From NCBI RefSeq assembly GCF_035285525.1, contig NZ_JAYKGW010000143.1, positions 1 through 20,803 of the forward strand: a stretch of 20,803 bases of DNA, written 5' to 3'. Below the pieces are notes generated by a model. It saw only the letters and a program-made list of their open reading frames with translations, did no database searches and was not told the DNA's origin. A program made the position numbers and the translations under genes. The DNA is from Okeania sp. (GTDB lineage: Bacteria; Cyanobacteriota; Cyanobacteriia; Cyanobacteriales; Microcoleaceae). This document shows, one piece after another, positions 1-9,255 of this stretch (positions are counted from its first letter, which is position 1; every line of letters starts with the position of its first letter).

Positions 1-944
1 ATCATCGAACCTTATACAAACTCTTTTCTACCTATGTCGAAGCCATACCAAAATTAGTTCGTTCAGATACTCAAAGAGTACATACAAACTTTAATCAAAC
101 TCAAACAGATACAGGACGTTTATCCTCCTCCGAACCAAACTTACAAAATATTCCTGTAGGAACAGAATTTTCTCGGCAAATTCGTCAAGCATTTCTGCCA
201 AAAAAAGATTGGTTATTAGTCGCCGCAGATTATTCTCAAATAGAATTAAGAATCTTAGCGCATTTAAGTCAGGAACCAGTATTAATAGAAGCTTATCAAA
301 ATAACCAAGATGTACATACAGTGACAGCCAAACTATTATTTGAAAAAGCCAAAATTTCACCAGAAGAAAGACGTGTAGGTAAAACAATAAACTTTGGTGT
401 AATCTATGGAATGGGAGCGCAAAAATTAGCCAGGTCTGTCAAAATAACCGTCAAAGAAAGTAAAGAATTTTTAGAAAGATATAAACAACAATATTCCCAA
501 GTATTTGCCTACTTAGATAACTTAAAAAAACAAGCGATCGCTCAAGGTTATGTCGAAACAATATTAGGTAGGAGACGTTATTTTGAATTTGAAGCTAAAA
601 CTATCCGTGATTTAAAAGGGAAAAAAATAGAAGAAATTAATTTACAGGAATTAAAACTAGGTCAAAATGATGCTCAAATTTTAAGAGCTGCTGCTAACTC
701 CCCAATTCAAGGTTCAAGTGCAGATATTATTAAAATAGCTATGATTAAACTGCATGAAATCTTGAAAAATTATCAGACAAAATTATTGTTACAAGTCCAT
801 GATGAATTAGTATTTGAAGTACCACCATTAGAATCGGAAGAATTGCAAAAAGTTATTAAATCAACAATGGAAAATGCCGTAACTTTAAAAGTACCTTTAA
901 TAGTAGATATTCATGGAGGTAAAAATTGGATGGAGACTAAATAG
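1..944 (+). CDS. polA: DNA polymerase I, C-terminal polymerase domain (5' end lies outside the window)
   Basis: The frame of the listed 321..944 ORF stays open back to the window edge. Translation shows family-A polymerase motifs: GRLSSSEPNLQNIP, motif A DYSQIELRILAH, motif B RRVGKTINFGVIYG and motif C LQVHDELVFE. Stop TAG is at 942-944. Confidence 0.95.
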   Translation, partial: HRTLYKLFSTYVEAIPKLVRSDTQRVHTNFNQTQTDTGRLSSSEPNLQNIPVGTEFSRQIRQAFLPKKDWLLVAADYSQIELRILAHLSQEPVLIEAYQNNQDVHTVTAKLLFEKAKISPEERRVGKTINFGVIYGMGAQKLARSVKITVKESKEFLERYKQQYSQVFAYLDNLKKQAIAQGYVETILGRRRYFEFEAKTIRDLKGKKIEEINLQELKLGQNDAQILRAAANSPIQGSSADIIKIAMIKLHEILKNYQTKLLLQVHDELVFEVPPLESEELQKVIKSTMENAVTLKVPLIVDIHGGKNWMETK

Positions 945-976
945 AGCGTCTTAATTTATTAGTTATTTGAGTTAAG

Positions 977-1044
977 TTGATAGGATAAATATAAATATTA
1001 TTGACTTATTCTGTATCCGCTTATCTCCCCATCTCTCTTACCAA
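977..1044 (+). repeat. Copy 1 of a 41-bp block (TTGATAGGATAAATATAAATATTATTGACTTATTCTGTATC) followed by a short ATCTCCCC-type tract
   Basis: The 41-bp block at 977-1017 recurs identically at 1355-1395. Both copies are followed by CTCCCCAT/ATCTCCCC octamers. Confidence 0.85.
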
Positions 1045-1070
1045 TGAATAATTAATAATTAATTATCCAA

Positions 1071-1124
1071 GTAACTTTAATAGTAGATATTCATGGAGAT
1101 AAAAATTCGATGTAGACTAAATAA
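1071..1124 (+). repeat. Degenerate duplicate of the last ~54 nt of polA, including its stop
   Basis: 1071-1124 (GTAACTTTAATAGTAGATATTCATGGAGATAAAAATTCGATGTAGACTAAATAA) aligns to 879-944. It differs by a 12-nt deletion between two TTTAA repeats and 4 substitutions, one of which creates an internal TAG. Confidence 0.85.
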
Positions 1125-1126
1125 AT

Positions 1127-1312
1127 TTAAGCATTTACCTGTCAGCTATCAACTATCAGCTATTAGTTATTAACTAATTTTGTTTTTCAGGAGCAATTAA
1201 TCTCCAAGAAGTAAAATACAAATAAAAAAAATCATCAGCTTGCCCTGAGTAAGTTATTACGTTTAAAAGCTGATAACTAATAGCTGTTTAGTAGCATTCC
1301 GCAGAAATAAAG
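1127..1312. mobile_element. MITE-like element, same superfamily as 14182-14404 (right end degenerate)
   Basis: The left end TTAAGCATTTACCTGTCAGCTATCAACTATCAGC and the interior (TCAGGAGCAATTAATCTCC...GTAAGTTATTACGTTTAAAAGCTGATAAC...CATTCCGCAG) are collinear with 14182-14404. I could not define a clean TSD. Confidence 0.55.
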
Positions 1313-1354
1313 TCTCTTCAGTTATTAATTATTAGTAAGTACCTTCGACTTTAT

Positions 1355-1456
1355 TTGATAGGATAAATATAAATATTATTGACTTATTCTGTATCTCCCC
1401 ATCTCCCCATCTCCCCATCTCCCTATCTCCCCATCTCCCTATCTCTCCATCTCTCT
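1355..1456 (+). repeat. Copy 2 of the 41-bp block plus 8 tandem octamers (ATCTCCCC and variants, 1393-1456)
   Basis: Read directly. The octamers are ATCTCCCC x3, ATCTCCCT, ATCTCCCC, ATCTCCCT, ATCTCTCC, ATCTCTCT. The tract is expanded relative to copy 1. Confidence 0.9.
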
Positions 1457-1524
1457 ATTATTTGGCAAAAATATGCTAGACTCCTAAATGTAGTTGACTA
1501 AAAAATTTTCCTTGGGTAAATCTA

Positions 1525-2133
1525 ATGAATACCAAAAAATTAGTCTTAGGTGGAGTTGGTTTTGTATTAGCCAGTGCAATTATAGCAACTGCTTCCAGCG
1601 CAGGAATTAGTTCCGAACAAGAACAAGTAATTTGTAAATTGAAAGAGACAGTAGAGGCACAAAAAAAAGCTGGTAAAAAATTGGTATTTTTGCCACTAAT
1701 AGGAAATGTGATAGAGAATAGAGAATTTGCCTTTACCCCCAAGTTATCTTCTAATATATCTTATACAATTCTAGGAGTATGTGATGATAATTGTACTGAC
1801 CTAAATTTAACTCTTAAAAATGAAAAAGGAGAGAAAATAACTGGTGATGAAAAAGAAAATGGTATTCCGGTAATTTCTTTTACTCCCACTGAAGATAATA
1901 AATACAAAATAACTGCACAACCAGATAAATGTACAACTGGAAAATGTGCATTTGGTATGGTTTTATTTGTGCCTAAAAGTGCTGATTTAAAAGTAGCATC
2001 TAACGTACCAGAGAAAATATCTCTCTTTGAGTCTTGCCAGAATAAACAGGAGAAAAAAGAGCAGAAAACTGAAGATAAGCCAGAAAAAGTAGAGGAGAAA
2101 AGCAAGGATAAAGTGGAAGAAATAGACGATTAG
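1525..2133 (+). CDS. Hypothetical exported protein (N-terminal signal/anchor, Cys-containing core, Lys/Glu-rich tail)
   Basis: 202-aa ORF. The N-terminus MNTKKLVLGGVGFVLASAIIATASSAG looks like a signal peptide. The core has 6 Cys residues and the C-terminal tail is KE-rich (EKKEQKTEDKPEKVEEKSKDKVEE). I do not recognise a family. Confidence 0.65.
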   Translation: MNTKKLVLGGVGFVLASAIIATASSAGISSEQEQVICKLKETVEAQKKAGKKLVFLPLIGNVIENREFAFTPKLSSNISYTILGVCDDNCTDLNLTLKNEKGEKITGDEKENGIPVISFTPTEDNKYKITAQPDKCTTGKCAFGMVLFVPKSADLKVASNVPEKISLFESCQNKQEKKEQKTEDKPEKVEEKSKDKVEEIDD

Positions 2134-2139
2134 TTGAGG

Positions 2140-2527
2140 GTAAGCATTTCCTGGATCATGCTGCGCAAACAGCCATCAGCTATCAGAAGAGTCCTTCTAG
2201 TTTTTGATAAAAGCTTTAGCAAGCATTCAGCCGTCAGCTATCAGAAGAGTGCTTTGAGTGAGTGATAAAAGCTTTATTAATTGAGCTAGACAAATTTTAG
2301 TATAAAGTCTATATTCACTTAAAACCTATCTTTAAATATAGGGTATTATTACTATTAAAAACTCCGACCAACGAGGCTAGCTGATGGCTAATAGCTGAAT
2401 GCTTACAAACTTTATTCTTCAAAATTAAATTTGAGTAAAAAAGCTAGTTTTCAAGTCTATATTAATTTCAACCTCCTCTTTAAGGTTGAAAAGGTCAAAG
2501 TTTGATAGCTAAAAGCTGAATGCTTAC
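2140..2527. mobile_element. Composite (nested or tandem) MITE with GTAAGCATT...AATGCTTAC termini and an 8-bp TSD
   Basis: Termini are GTAAGCATTTCC at 2140 and GCTGAATGCTTAC ending at 2527. It is flanked by AGTTGAGG at 2132-2139 and 2528-2535. A second left end lies at about 2219 (GCAAGCATTCAGCCGTCAGCTATCAG) and a second right end at about 2407 (CTGATGGCTAATAGCTGAATGCTTAC). Confidence 0.8.
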
Positions 2528-2793
2528 AGTTGAGGAAAAAGAATTATTCCTATGAAAATCCTAAATTCACTCTAGTTCAACCAAAACTATGTAAGTATTT
2601 AGCTTTTAGTTACTAACCCATTGCGGGGTGACGCGACCCAATTATTTTGAGAAATTTATTGTAAATACTGTTAGTTTTATGGTAAATTAAAAAATTATCC
2701 TGTATCAGTATTAACTCGTAAAAGTAAACAAATAATTGATAAGTGCATAAACAAAATTAATTACACATTCTATTGATTCTCTGTTATCCTTTT

Positions 2794-2816
2794 CCTGTTC
2801 CTTGTTCCTTGTTCCC
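2794..2816. repeat. Heptamer tandem repeat (CCTGTTC/CTTGTTC)
   Basis: CCTGTTCCTTGTTCCTTGTTCCC. Its complement, GGGAACA-type repeats, recurs at 5001-5015 and 13755-13785. Confidence 0.7.
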
Positions 2817-2921
2817 TCTCTCAACTAGGAAATTAATTTTGCATAACTACTGATTAATAAGAATGTTTTGAATATTATCTTATTCTAAATTAAGATAAAC
2901 TTTGATGATTCCGACTAAGAA

Positions 2922-4625
2922 ATGCCAGAGCAGATGTCATTAATTTATATATCAATAAAACAGTACATACTTCGGCAAAAAGCCAGGCTGAGAAAATTGC
3001 TTAATAGTATAGGTATCAGAAGAAAAATTGGTCTGAGCTATGCTATGGCAATTAGTATTGCTACGGTAGGAATCTTGATGGGGTGTATACTTGAGTTAAC
3101 TTATAAACATCAAGTTAGAATACAAATAGAACAGGCTCAAGAACAATTAGATTTACTTACAAATCTAACTAAAAAAGTCTTAAAAATTAGTATCAGCCCA
3201 AAAGATTTACCTAGTTTAATCAATACAAATAACCGGACAGTTTTAGAAAAAAAAATATCCCTAGAATTATCTAATTTTTATGAAGTTAGTGCAATTTTTA
3301 AACAACTAGAATCAATCCTAAAAATTGCCAGCCCAAATGTTAGTAAAAACACAGATAATCTTCTGTTTCAAGAATTTATCCAAACTTATTTTAATCCCAT
3401 AAATATTCATATTCAGCAATTAGAAAGTTTAATTCAAAAAATTAAACAGACACCTCCTCCAACCAAATTAGAAACTGCATCACTAAGTAAAATTACTAAT
3501 AGTGAAGTTGCCATAAAACTAGAAAAATTATCACAAGATTCACAACAATTAGTCATAGTAACTAATCAGAGAATAGAACAAGGATTTAAAGATTATCAAA
3601 AAGTAGAAACATTAAAAACACAAATATTAATAATTAGTCTATTACTTTCAGTATTGGCAGCAATAATATTTTCTATTTATACTAGCAAATTGATTACAAG
3701 TCCCTTAAAACAAATAACCGAAGTTGCCGAAAAAGTTACACAAGAAGCTAACTTTGAACTCCAACTTCCGATAACCACAGATGATGAAATAGGAGAATTA
3801 ACAGTATCTCTAAATCAATTAATTTGTAAAGTCGCAGAATATACAGAGCAACTCCAGGAATCTAAACTCAAAGCAGAAACTGCCAACCTTTCCAAAAGTG
3901 CTTTTCTAGCGACCATGAGTCACGAACTGCGTACACCTTTAAATGCAATTATTGGATATAGCGATCTTCTTTGTGAAAATGCTGTGGAAGAAGGATATGA
4001 TGATTTAATGCCAGATTTAGAAAAAATTAAGCGATCAGCTAAACATCTCCTAGAAATGATTAGTGATATTTTAGATATTTCCAAAATAGAAGCAGGTCAA
4101 GTTACTTTATATTTAGAAAGTATTGATGTTAATAAATTAGTTCAAGATGTAGTTTGTACATCTCAAAATCTTATTGAAAAAAACAGCAATAAGTTTGAAT
4201 TAGTTTTAGGAGAAAATTTAGGTGATATATATGCAGATATGCCAAAAGTAAGACAGGTATTGATAAATTTGCTTGGTAATGCGGCGAAGTTCACACAAAA
4301 TGGTCTAGTTACACTCAGTGTGGAAAAGGTTAAAAATAAGAGGGTAAGAAGTAATCAAAATTTAGGATTATTAAATCAAGAAAATTACATAGTTTTTCGG
4401 GTTATTGATACTGGTATTGGTATGAAAGAGGAACAGTTACAACAGATTTTTAAACCTTTTATTCAAGCTGATGCTTCTACTACTCGTAAGTATGGTGGTA
4501 CTGGTTTGGGATTAGCAATAAGTAAACGTTTATGTGAGAGAATGGGAGCAGAAATTTATGTTCAAAGTATAGTTGGAAAAGGTTCTACATTTACTGTTTT
4601 ATTTCCGGAAAGAGTAATTATGTAG
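2922..4625 (+). CDS. Membrane sensor histidine kinase (2 TM segments, HAMP, HisKA, HATPase_c)
   Basis: The two TM segments are IGLSYAMAISIATVGILMGCILEL and ILIISLLLSVLAAIIFSIYTS. A HAMP-like linker follows (DDEIGELTVSLNQL). The H-box is FLATMSHELRTPLNAIIGYS, the N-box LINLLGNAAKFT, G1 DTGIGM and G2 GGTGLGLAIS. No response regulator is adjacent. Confidence 0.9.
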   Translation: MPEQMSLIYISIKQYILRQKARLRKLLNSIGIRRKIGLSYAMAISIATVGILMGCILELTYKHQVRIQIEQAQEQLDLLTNLTKKVLKISISPKDLPSLINTNNRTVLEKKISLELSNFYEVSAIFKQLESILKIASPNVSKNTDNLLFQEFIQTYFNPINIHIQQLESLIQKIKQTPPPTKLETASLSKITNSEVAIKLEKLSQDSQQLVIVTNQRIEQGFKDYQKVETLKTQILIISLLLSVLAAIIFSIYTSKLITSPLKQITEVAEKVTQEANFELQLPITTDDEIGELTVSLNQLICKVAEYTEQLQESKLKAETANLSKSAFLATMSHELRTPLNAIIGYSDLLCENAVEEGYDDLMPDLEKIKRSAKHLLEMISDILDISKIEAGQVTLYLESIDVNKLVQDVVCTSQNLIEKNSNKFELVLGENLGDIYADMPKVRQVLINLLGNAAKFTQNGLVTLSVEKVKNKRVRSNQNLGLLNQENYIVFRVIDTGIGMKEEQLQQIFKPFIQADASTTRKYGGTGLGLAISKRLCERMGAEIYVQSIVGKGSTFTVLFPERVIM

Positions 4626-4723
4626 AATGAAGGAAGAAGGAAGCAGAAATTAAGGGTTTATTGATCTAGGAGATAACCTTTAATAGTTGAACATAGTCAA
4701 TATTAAGCTTTTACCAAAAAACG

Positions 4724-4826
4724 AGGGTATGTGCCTCCCCTGGTTCGGGGATGAAAAAATATTTAACTCAGTATTTCAAGCCTCCGATTAAAGTCGGAGG
4801 TTCCCTCTCTACTGATAACTGAAATG
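4724..4826 (+). repeat. Copy 1 of a ~100-nt dispersed element ending in CTGATAA heptamers
   Basis: ...TCCCCTGGTTCGGGGA...GTATTTCAAGCCTCCGATTAAAGTCGGAGG...ACTGATAACTGAAAT. It is homologous to 9131-9237 (+) and 8161-8256 (-). It contains the hairpin CCTCCGA/TCGGAGG. Confidence 0.6.
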
Positions 4827-5025
4827 ACAGGCTCCTATAAAAACAAATATGATATAATGCCAAGGGAGAAATAAATAAAAATAAGTATGCAAAACTTCCC
4901 TATTTCCAGAATTACTGTTAACTGAAATTACCATGATTTGGTTTAGACAAAATTCTATAACAATCTGATTTGATTCATGTCAAAAACTTAGTTGCTTTTA
5001 GGGAACAGGAAACAGTTGGGAGTAG

Positions 5026-5087
5026 GGTTTTTTTCTACTACAATTTATTCAGAGATACAAGTTAAAATTAGAGTCAGCATTTAGTAG
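5026..5087 (+). repeat. Partial duplicate of 5187-5247 (flank plus the first ~15 nt of the MITE at 5233)
   Basis: GGTTTTTTTCTACTACAATTTATTCAGAGATACAAGTTAAAATTAGAGTCAGCATTTAGTAG compared with GGTTTTTTCTACTACAATTTATTTATAGATACAAGTTAAAATTAAAGTAAGCATTTAGCAG. Confidence 0.8.
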
Positions 5088-5232
5088 AATTAAGAATTAA
5101 AAATCGATGGAGAATTATGAAAATCTCCCTACTTCAAAAGTTACTGATAACTGATAACTGAATAGTGAATACCCAATAAAAAAAACGGTTTTTTCTACTA
5201 CAATTTATTTATAGATACAAGTTAAAATTAAA

Positions 5233-5392
5233 GTAAGCATTTAGCAGTCAGCTATTAGCTTTATTACCTTGAGAATAAGCTCATCTTTCTTGTGCTTTAA
5301 TTCTCTGGTTGGTTAAAAATTTAGTATAAAACGAATAGTTACTTCATTTGTTAAAAAGCTGACACCTGAGGTGCTAATAGCTAAATTCTTAC
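5233..5392. mobile_element. MITE (160 bp) with GTAAGCATTTAGC...GCTAAATTCTTAC termini and an 8-bp TSD
   Basis: The terminal inverted repeats are GTAAGCATTTAGCAGTCAGCTATTAGC and GCTAATAGCTAAATTCTTAC. It is flanked by AAATTAAA at 5225-5232 and 5393-5400. Confidence 0.8.
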
Positions 5393-5531
5393 AAATTAAA
5401 CAAAAATATAATATTATAGTAAACGCCTTGGCGGTTAGGACATGGACAGATGATAAATCTTAGACCACGGAAATACTTTTCCAACTGCTCCCTGTTCCCT
5501 CTTCCCTACTATAGACAAAAAATAAAAAATC

Positions 5532-8144
5532 ATGCAACCAAATAACCCTAATCAATTTACAGAAAAAGCTTGGGAAACAATATCCCGTACCCCTGACCTC
5601 GCTAAAACTGCCCAACATCAACAAATTGAAAGCGAACATTTAATGAAAGCTCTATTAGAACAAAATGGACTAGCAACCAGTCTATTTAACAAAACAGGGA
5701 TTTCACCTGCCAAAATACAAGAATACACAGACACCTTTATCAACCGTCAACCTAAAGTGAAAAATACACCCAATAATATTTACTTAGGTCGCAGTTTAGA
5801 TACTTTATTCGATAATGCCGAAAAATATCGCCAAGAATATACAGACGAATACATCTCCATCGAACATCTGCTCCTCGCTTACCTGAAAGATGATCGCTTT
5901 GGGAAAAAACTCTATCAAGAATTTAAACTAGATGAAACCAAACTTAAAGAAACAATTTCCCAAATTAGAGGTAATCATAAAGTAACAGATAAAAATCCAG
6001 AAGGCAAATATGAAGCACTCGAAAAATACGGTCGCGACTTGACAGAAGCTGCTCGTCAAGGTAAACTCGATCCCGTTATTGGACGGGATGACGAAATTCG
6101 ACGGACTATTCAAATACTTAGTCGTCGGACTAAAAATAATCCAGTCTTAATGGGTGAACCTGGAGTCGGAAAAACAGCGATCGCTGAAGGACTCGCCCAA
6201 CGGATACTCGCTGGAGATGTTCCCCAGTCTTTGAAAGAAAGGCAACTCATCGGTCTCGATATGGGTGCATTGATTGCTGGTGCGAAATTTAGAGGAGAAT
6301 TTGAAGAACGTCTGAAAGCTGTTCTCAAAGAAGTTACTGACTCAGATGGCAAAATCATTTTATTTATAGATGAAATTCATACTGTTGTCGGAGCAGGTGC
6401 AACTCAAGGTGCAATGGATGCAGGAAATTTGCTCAAACCAATGTTGGCTAGAGGTGAACTCAGATGTATCGGGGCGACAACTTTGGATGAGTACCGCAAA
6501 TATATTGAAAAAGATGCTGCCTTAGAACGTCGTTTTCAACAAGTTTATGTCGATCAACCTAGCGTAGAAGATACGATCTCAATTTTACGAGGTCTCAAAG
6601 AACGGTATGAAGTACATCATGGTGTGAAAATTTCCGATAGTGCTTTAGTTGCTGCTGCTACTTTGTCTACTCGATATATTAGCGATCGCTTTCTTCCAGA
6701 TAAGGCGATCGACTTAGTAGATGAAGCTGCTGCTAAATTGAAAATGGAAATTACTTCTAAACCAGAGGAACTAGATGAAATTGACCGCAAAATTCTCCAA
6801 CTAGAAATGGAGAAATTATCACTGCAAAAAGAAAGTGATGCTGCTTCCCAAGAAAGGTTAGAGAGATTAGAAAAAGATTTAGCAAATTTGAAAGAAGGGC
6901 AACACGCTCTCAATGCTCAGTGGGAAGCAGAAAAAGGTATCATTGGCAAAATACAGACTTTCAAAGAAGAAATTGATAAAGTCAATATTGAGATTCAGCA
7001 AGCAGAACGAAATTATGACCTCAACCGTGCTGCTGAGTTGAAATATGGTAAACTGATTAATTTACAGAAACGGGTAGCGGAAGCGGAAGCAAAATTGGAA
7101 GCAACTCAAACTAGCGGTCAAACTTTATTGCGTGAGGAGGTGACAGAAGCTGATATTGCTGAAACTATTTCTAAGTGGACTGGTATTCCGATGAGCAAGT
7201 TAGTGGAGTCAGAAAAAGAAAAACTGCTGCATCTGGAAGCAGAGTTGCATCAGCGAGTTGTTGGTCAAAATGAAGCGGTGAGTGCTGTTTCAGATGCTAT
7301 TCAGCGATCACGTGCAGGTTTAGCAGACCCCAACCGTCCGGTTGCTAGTTTTATTTTCCTCGGTCCGACTGGTGTGGGAAAAACAGAGTTAGGAAAAGCA
7401 TTGGCAGCATATTTATTTGATACCGAAGATGCGATGGTGCGGATAGATATGTCTGAGTACATGGAAAAACATTCTGTGTCTCGTTTAATAGGTGCGCCTC
7501 CTGGATATGTGGGTTATGATGAGGGAGGTCAGTTAACTGAAGCTATTCGTCGTCGTCCGTATGCAGTAATTTTGTTTGATGAAATTGAAAAAGCGCACCC
7601 CGATGTGTTTAATATTATGTTGCAAATATTGGATGATGGGCGAGTTACTGATGCTCAAGGACACACGGTTGATTTTAAGAATAGTGTGATTATTATGACG
7701 AGTAATATTGGTTCTCAGTATATTTTGGATGTCAGTAATGACTATGAGCAAATGCAGCGTCGGGTGATGGATGCTTTGCGTGGTGCTTTCCGTCCAGAGT
7801 TTCTGAACCGCATTGATGAAACGATTATTTTTCATGGGTTACAGAAAGAGCAGTTACGAGAAATTGTGCGGTTGCAAGTTGTGCGTTTAGAGAAACGGTT
7901 AGCTGAACGGAAGATGTCATTGAAACTTGGTGATGCTGCTGTTAATTTTTTGGTAGATGCGGGGTTCGATCCGGTGTATGGTGCGAGACCGTTAAAACGG
8001 GCAATTCAGCGGGAGTTGGAAACGCAAATTGCTAAGAGTATTTTGCGGAGTGAGTTTAGTGAAGGTGATACTATTTTTGTGGATGTGGAAAATGAGCGAC
8101 TTTCGTTGAAGAGGTTGGGTGTAGATTTGGTGAAAGTTAAGTAG
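5532..8144 (+). CDS. clpB: ATP-dependent chaperone ClpB (class 1 AAA+ disaggregase)
   Basis: 870 aa. It has an N-domain and two AAA+ modules with Walker A GEPGVGKT and GPTGVGKT, and Walker B ILFIDEIH and [12 protein letters not shown] long coiled-coil middle domain lies between the modules, and the C-terminal motif [10 protein letters not shown] is present. Confidence 0.97.
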   Translation: MQPNNPNQFTEKAWETISRTPDLAKTAQHQQIESEHLMKALLEQNGLATSLFNKTGISPAKIQEYTDTFINRQPKVKNTPNNIYLGRSLDTLFDNAEKYRQEYTDEYISIEHLLLAYLKDDRFGKKLYQEFKLDETKLKETISQIRGNHKVTDKNPEGKYEALEKYGRDLTEAARQGKLDPVIGRDDEIRRTIQILSRRTKNNPVLMGEPGVGKTAIAEGLAQRILAGDVPQSLKERQLIGLDMGALIAGAKFRGEFEERLKAVLKEVTDSDGKIILFIDEIHTVVGAGATQGAMDAGNLLKPMLARGELRCIGATTLDEYRKYIEKDAALERRFQQVYVDQPSVEDTISILRGLKERYEVHHGVKISDSALVAAATLSTRYISDRFLPDKAIDLVDEAAAKLKMEITSKPEELDEIDRKILQLEMEKLSLQKESDAASQERLERLEKDLANLKEGQHALNAQWEAEKGIIGKIQTFKEEIDKVNIEIQQAERNYDLNRAAELKYGKLINLQKRVAEAEAKLEATQTSGQTLLREEVTEADIAETISKWTGIPMSKLVESEKEKLLHLEAELHQRVVGQNEAVSAVSDAIQRSRAGLADPNRPVASFIFLGPTGVGKTELGKALAAYLFDTEDAMVRIDMSEYMEKHSVSRLIGAPPGYVGYDEGGQLTEAIRRRPYAVILFDEIEKAHPDVFNIMLQILDDGRVTDAQGHTVDFKNSVIIMTSNIGSQYILDVSNDYEQMQRRVMDALRGAFRPEFLNRIDETIIFHGLQKEQLREIVRLQVVRLEKRLAERKMSLKLGDAAVNFLVDAGFDPVYGARPLKRAIQRELETQIAKSILRSEFSEGDTIFVDVENERLSLKRLGVDLVKVK

Positions 8145-8160
8145 AAGTGTGGGAAGTAAT

Positions 8161-8256
8161 TTCAGTTATCAGTTATCAGTATTTCTTGGAATAAGGAGGC
8201 TTGAAATCAGGAATATTTTCTTTTTTTATCTCCTTAAAAAGGTAGACTTCAGACCA
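8161..8256 (-). repeat. Copy 2 (inverted, degenerate) of the ~100-nt CTGATAA-tailed element
   Basis: TTCAGTTATCAGTTATCAGTA...GGAGGCTTGAAAT...TTTTTTTATCTCCTTAAAAAGG is the reverse complement of the 9131-9237 pattern. It begins 17 nt after the clpB stop, and its second hairpin is lost. Confidence 0.55.
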
Positions 8257-8309
8257 CAATTTTTAGGTAAAAAAACAGAGACAATAAATAATTGAGGAGG
8301 TAACATGAT

Positions 8310-8750
8310 GTGATTAAAGTTTATTTAGATACCAGTGTTTATAATCGTCTCTATCATGATCAAAGTCAGATAAACATTTTTTTAGAAATGCAAGCCACAA
8401 TTAGTATTTTGAATCTAATTGAAACCCAAAAAATTCAATCAGTTAATTCATTTGTCCTGGAATATGAAAACCAAAAACATCCTATACCAGAACAGCGAAA
8501 TGCAGTTAATGAGCATCTGAAAAAATCTAATTTTAAGCAACTGGTTAATGAATCAATTAAAAACAGAGCGAATCAACTAGAAATAGAAGGAATTAAACCA
8601 ATTGATGCTCTTCATGTTGCTTGTTTTGAAGCCTCAAACTGTAATTATTTTCTTACTTGTGATCAACGTTTACTTAATCGTTGTAAATCTTTATCCATTC
8701 AACCTATCAACCCCATTGATTTTGTTAAGGAGTTAGACAATGAAAGTTAA
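8310..8750 (+). CDS. PIN-domain protein (VapC-like putative toxin), GTG start
   Basis: 146 aa. The N-terminus IKVYLDTSVYNR carries the first acidic residue, with DALHVA and TCDQRLL motifs later. GAGGAGG lies 9 nt upstream of the GTG. The 3' end overlaps the next small ORF by 11 nt. Confidence 0.75.
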   Translation: MIKVYLDTSVYNRLYHDQSQINIFLEMQATISILNLIETQKIQSVNSFVLEYENQKHPIPEQRNAVNEHLKKSNFKQLVNESIKNRANQLEIEGIKPIDALHVACFEASNCNYFLTCDQRLLNRCKSLSIQPINPIDFVKELDNES

Positions 8751-8976
8751 TATTGATAATGATTATGAAATTGTGCAAGAAGTTTTCCAGATTTTGCTCT
8801 AAAATTTAGAAACTTCTAAGGTGATGAGATTTTGGTCTATTTGTAAGTTGGGTAACGGTGATTATTTAAACTTAAAAGATAAATTATTTGCTGGAGAAAC
8901 TGTTGATAGTTTGTATCAAAAAATTAAGGTTTTTCATCTTGAAAAACTAGCTAATGAAGAAGCTAATAATGGTTAA
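8740..8976 (+). pseudogene. Small partner gene of the PIN protein, interrupted by an in-frame TAA at codon 21
   Basis: ATG at 8740 and in-frame TAA at 8800-8802. The same frame continues to TAA at 8974-8976. Translation: MKVNIDNDYEIVQEVFQILL*NLETSKVMRFWSICKLGNGDYLNLKDKLFAGETVDSLYQKIKVFHLEKLANEEANNG. A 51-aa remnant could restart at the GTG/ATG at 8821/8824. Confidence 0.5.
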
Positions 8977-8993
8977 AATATATCAATATGTGT

Positions 8994-9056
8994 AATATAG
9001 AATCCGGTTGAATAATCGTCATTGCGACTGGAATATAATTATCCGGATTTTATATA
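8994..9056. repeat. Small palindromic element (14-nt arms, 35-nt spacer)
   Basis: AATATAGAATCCGG ... CCGGATTTTATATA. The arm sequence resembles the right end (TATAGATCCGGTTAGGGG) of the element nested at 19893-20093. Confidence 0.5.
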
Positions 9057-9130
9057 GAACCCATTAGACATCTCCAAAAGTAAAAAATCAAATCAATTCT
9101 TTCTTCCTGTTCCGTTATCAAAATAATATG

Positions 9131-9237
9131 GGTCTAAAACCCCACCTTTTAAGGGGGATAAAAAAAGAACATATTCCTTATTTCAAGCCTCTGACTTCGG
9201 GTAGAGGTACTGATAACTGATAACTGATAACTGAAAT
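9131..9237 (+). repeat. Copy 3 of the ~100-nt element, ending in 4 CTGATAA heptamers (9210-9237)
   Basis: GGTCTAAAACCCCACCTTTTAAGGGGGATAAAAAAAGAACATATTCCTTATTTCAAGCCTCTGACTTCGGGTAGAGGTACTGATAACTGATAACTGATAACTGAAAT. Confidence 0.6.
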
Positions 9238-9255
9238 AACTAAGGTAATATTATT

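Noticed and set aside
91-2105. Minus-strand ORFs 91-387, 1476-1742 and 1761-2105
   Set aside because: They are antisense shadows of polA and of the exported-protein gene. They have hydrophobic, low-complexity translations typical of AT-rich antisense frames.
5928-7835. Four minus-strand ORFs (5928-6113, 6110-6358, 6617-6913, 7533-7835)
   Set aside because: They lie entirely antisense within the strongly supported clpB CDS, are low-complexity with odd composition, and show no motifs.
7963-7972. tRNA T-arm-like GGTTCGATCC
   Set aside because: It lies in frame within clpB (codons for GFDP), and no acceptor or anticodon arms can be built around it.
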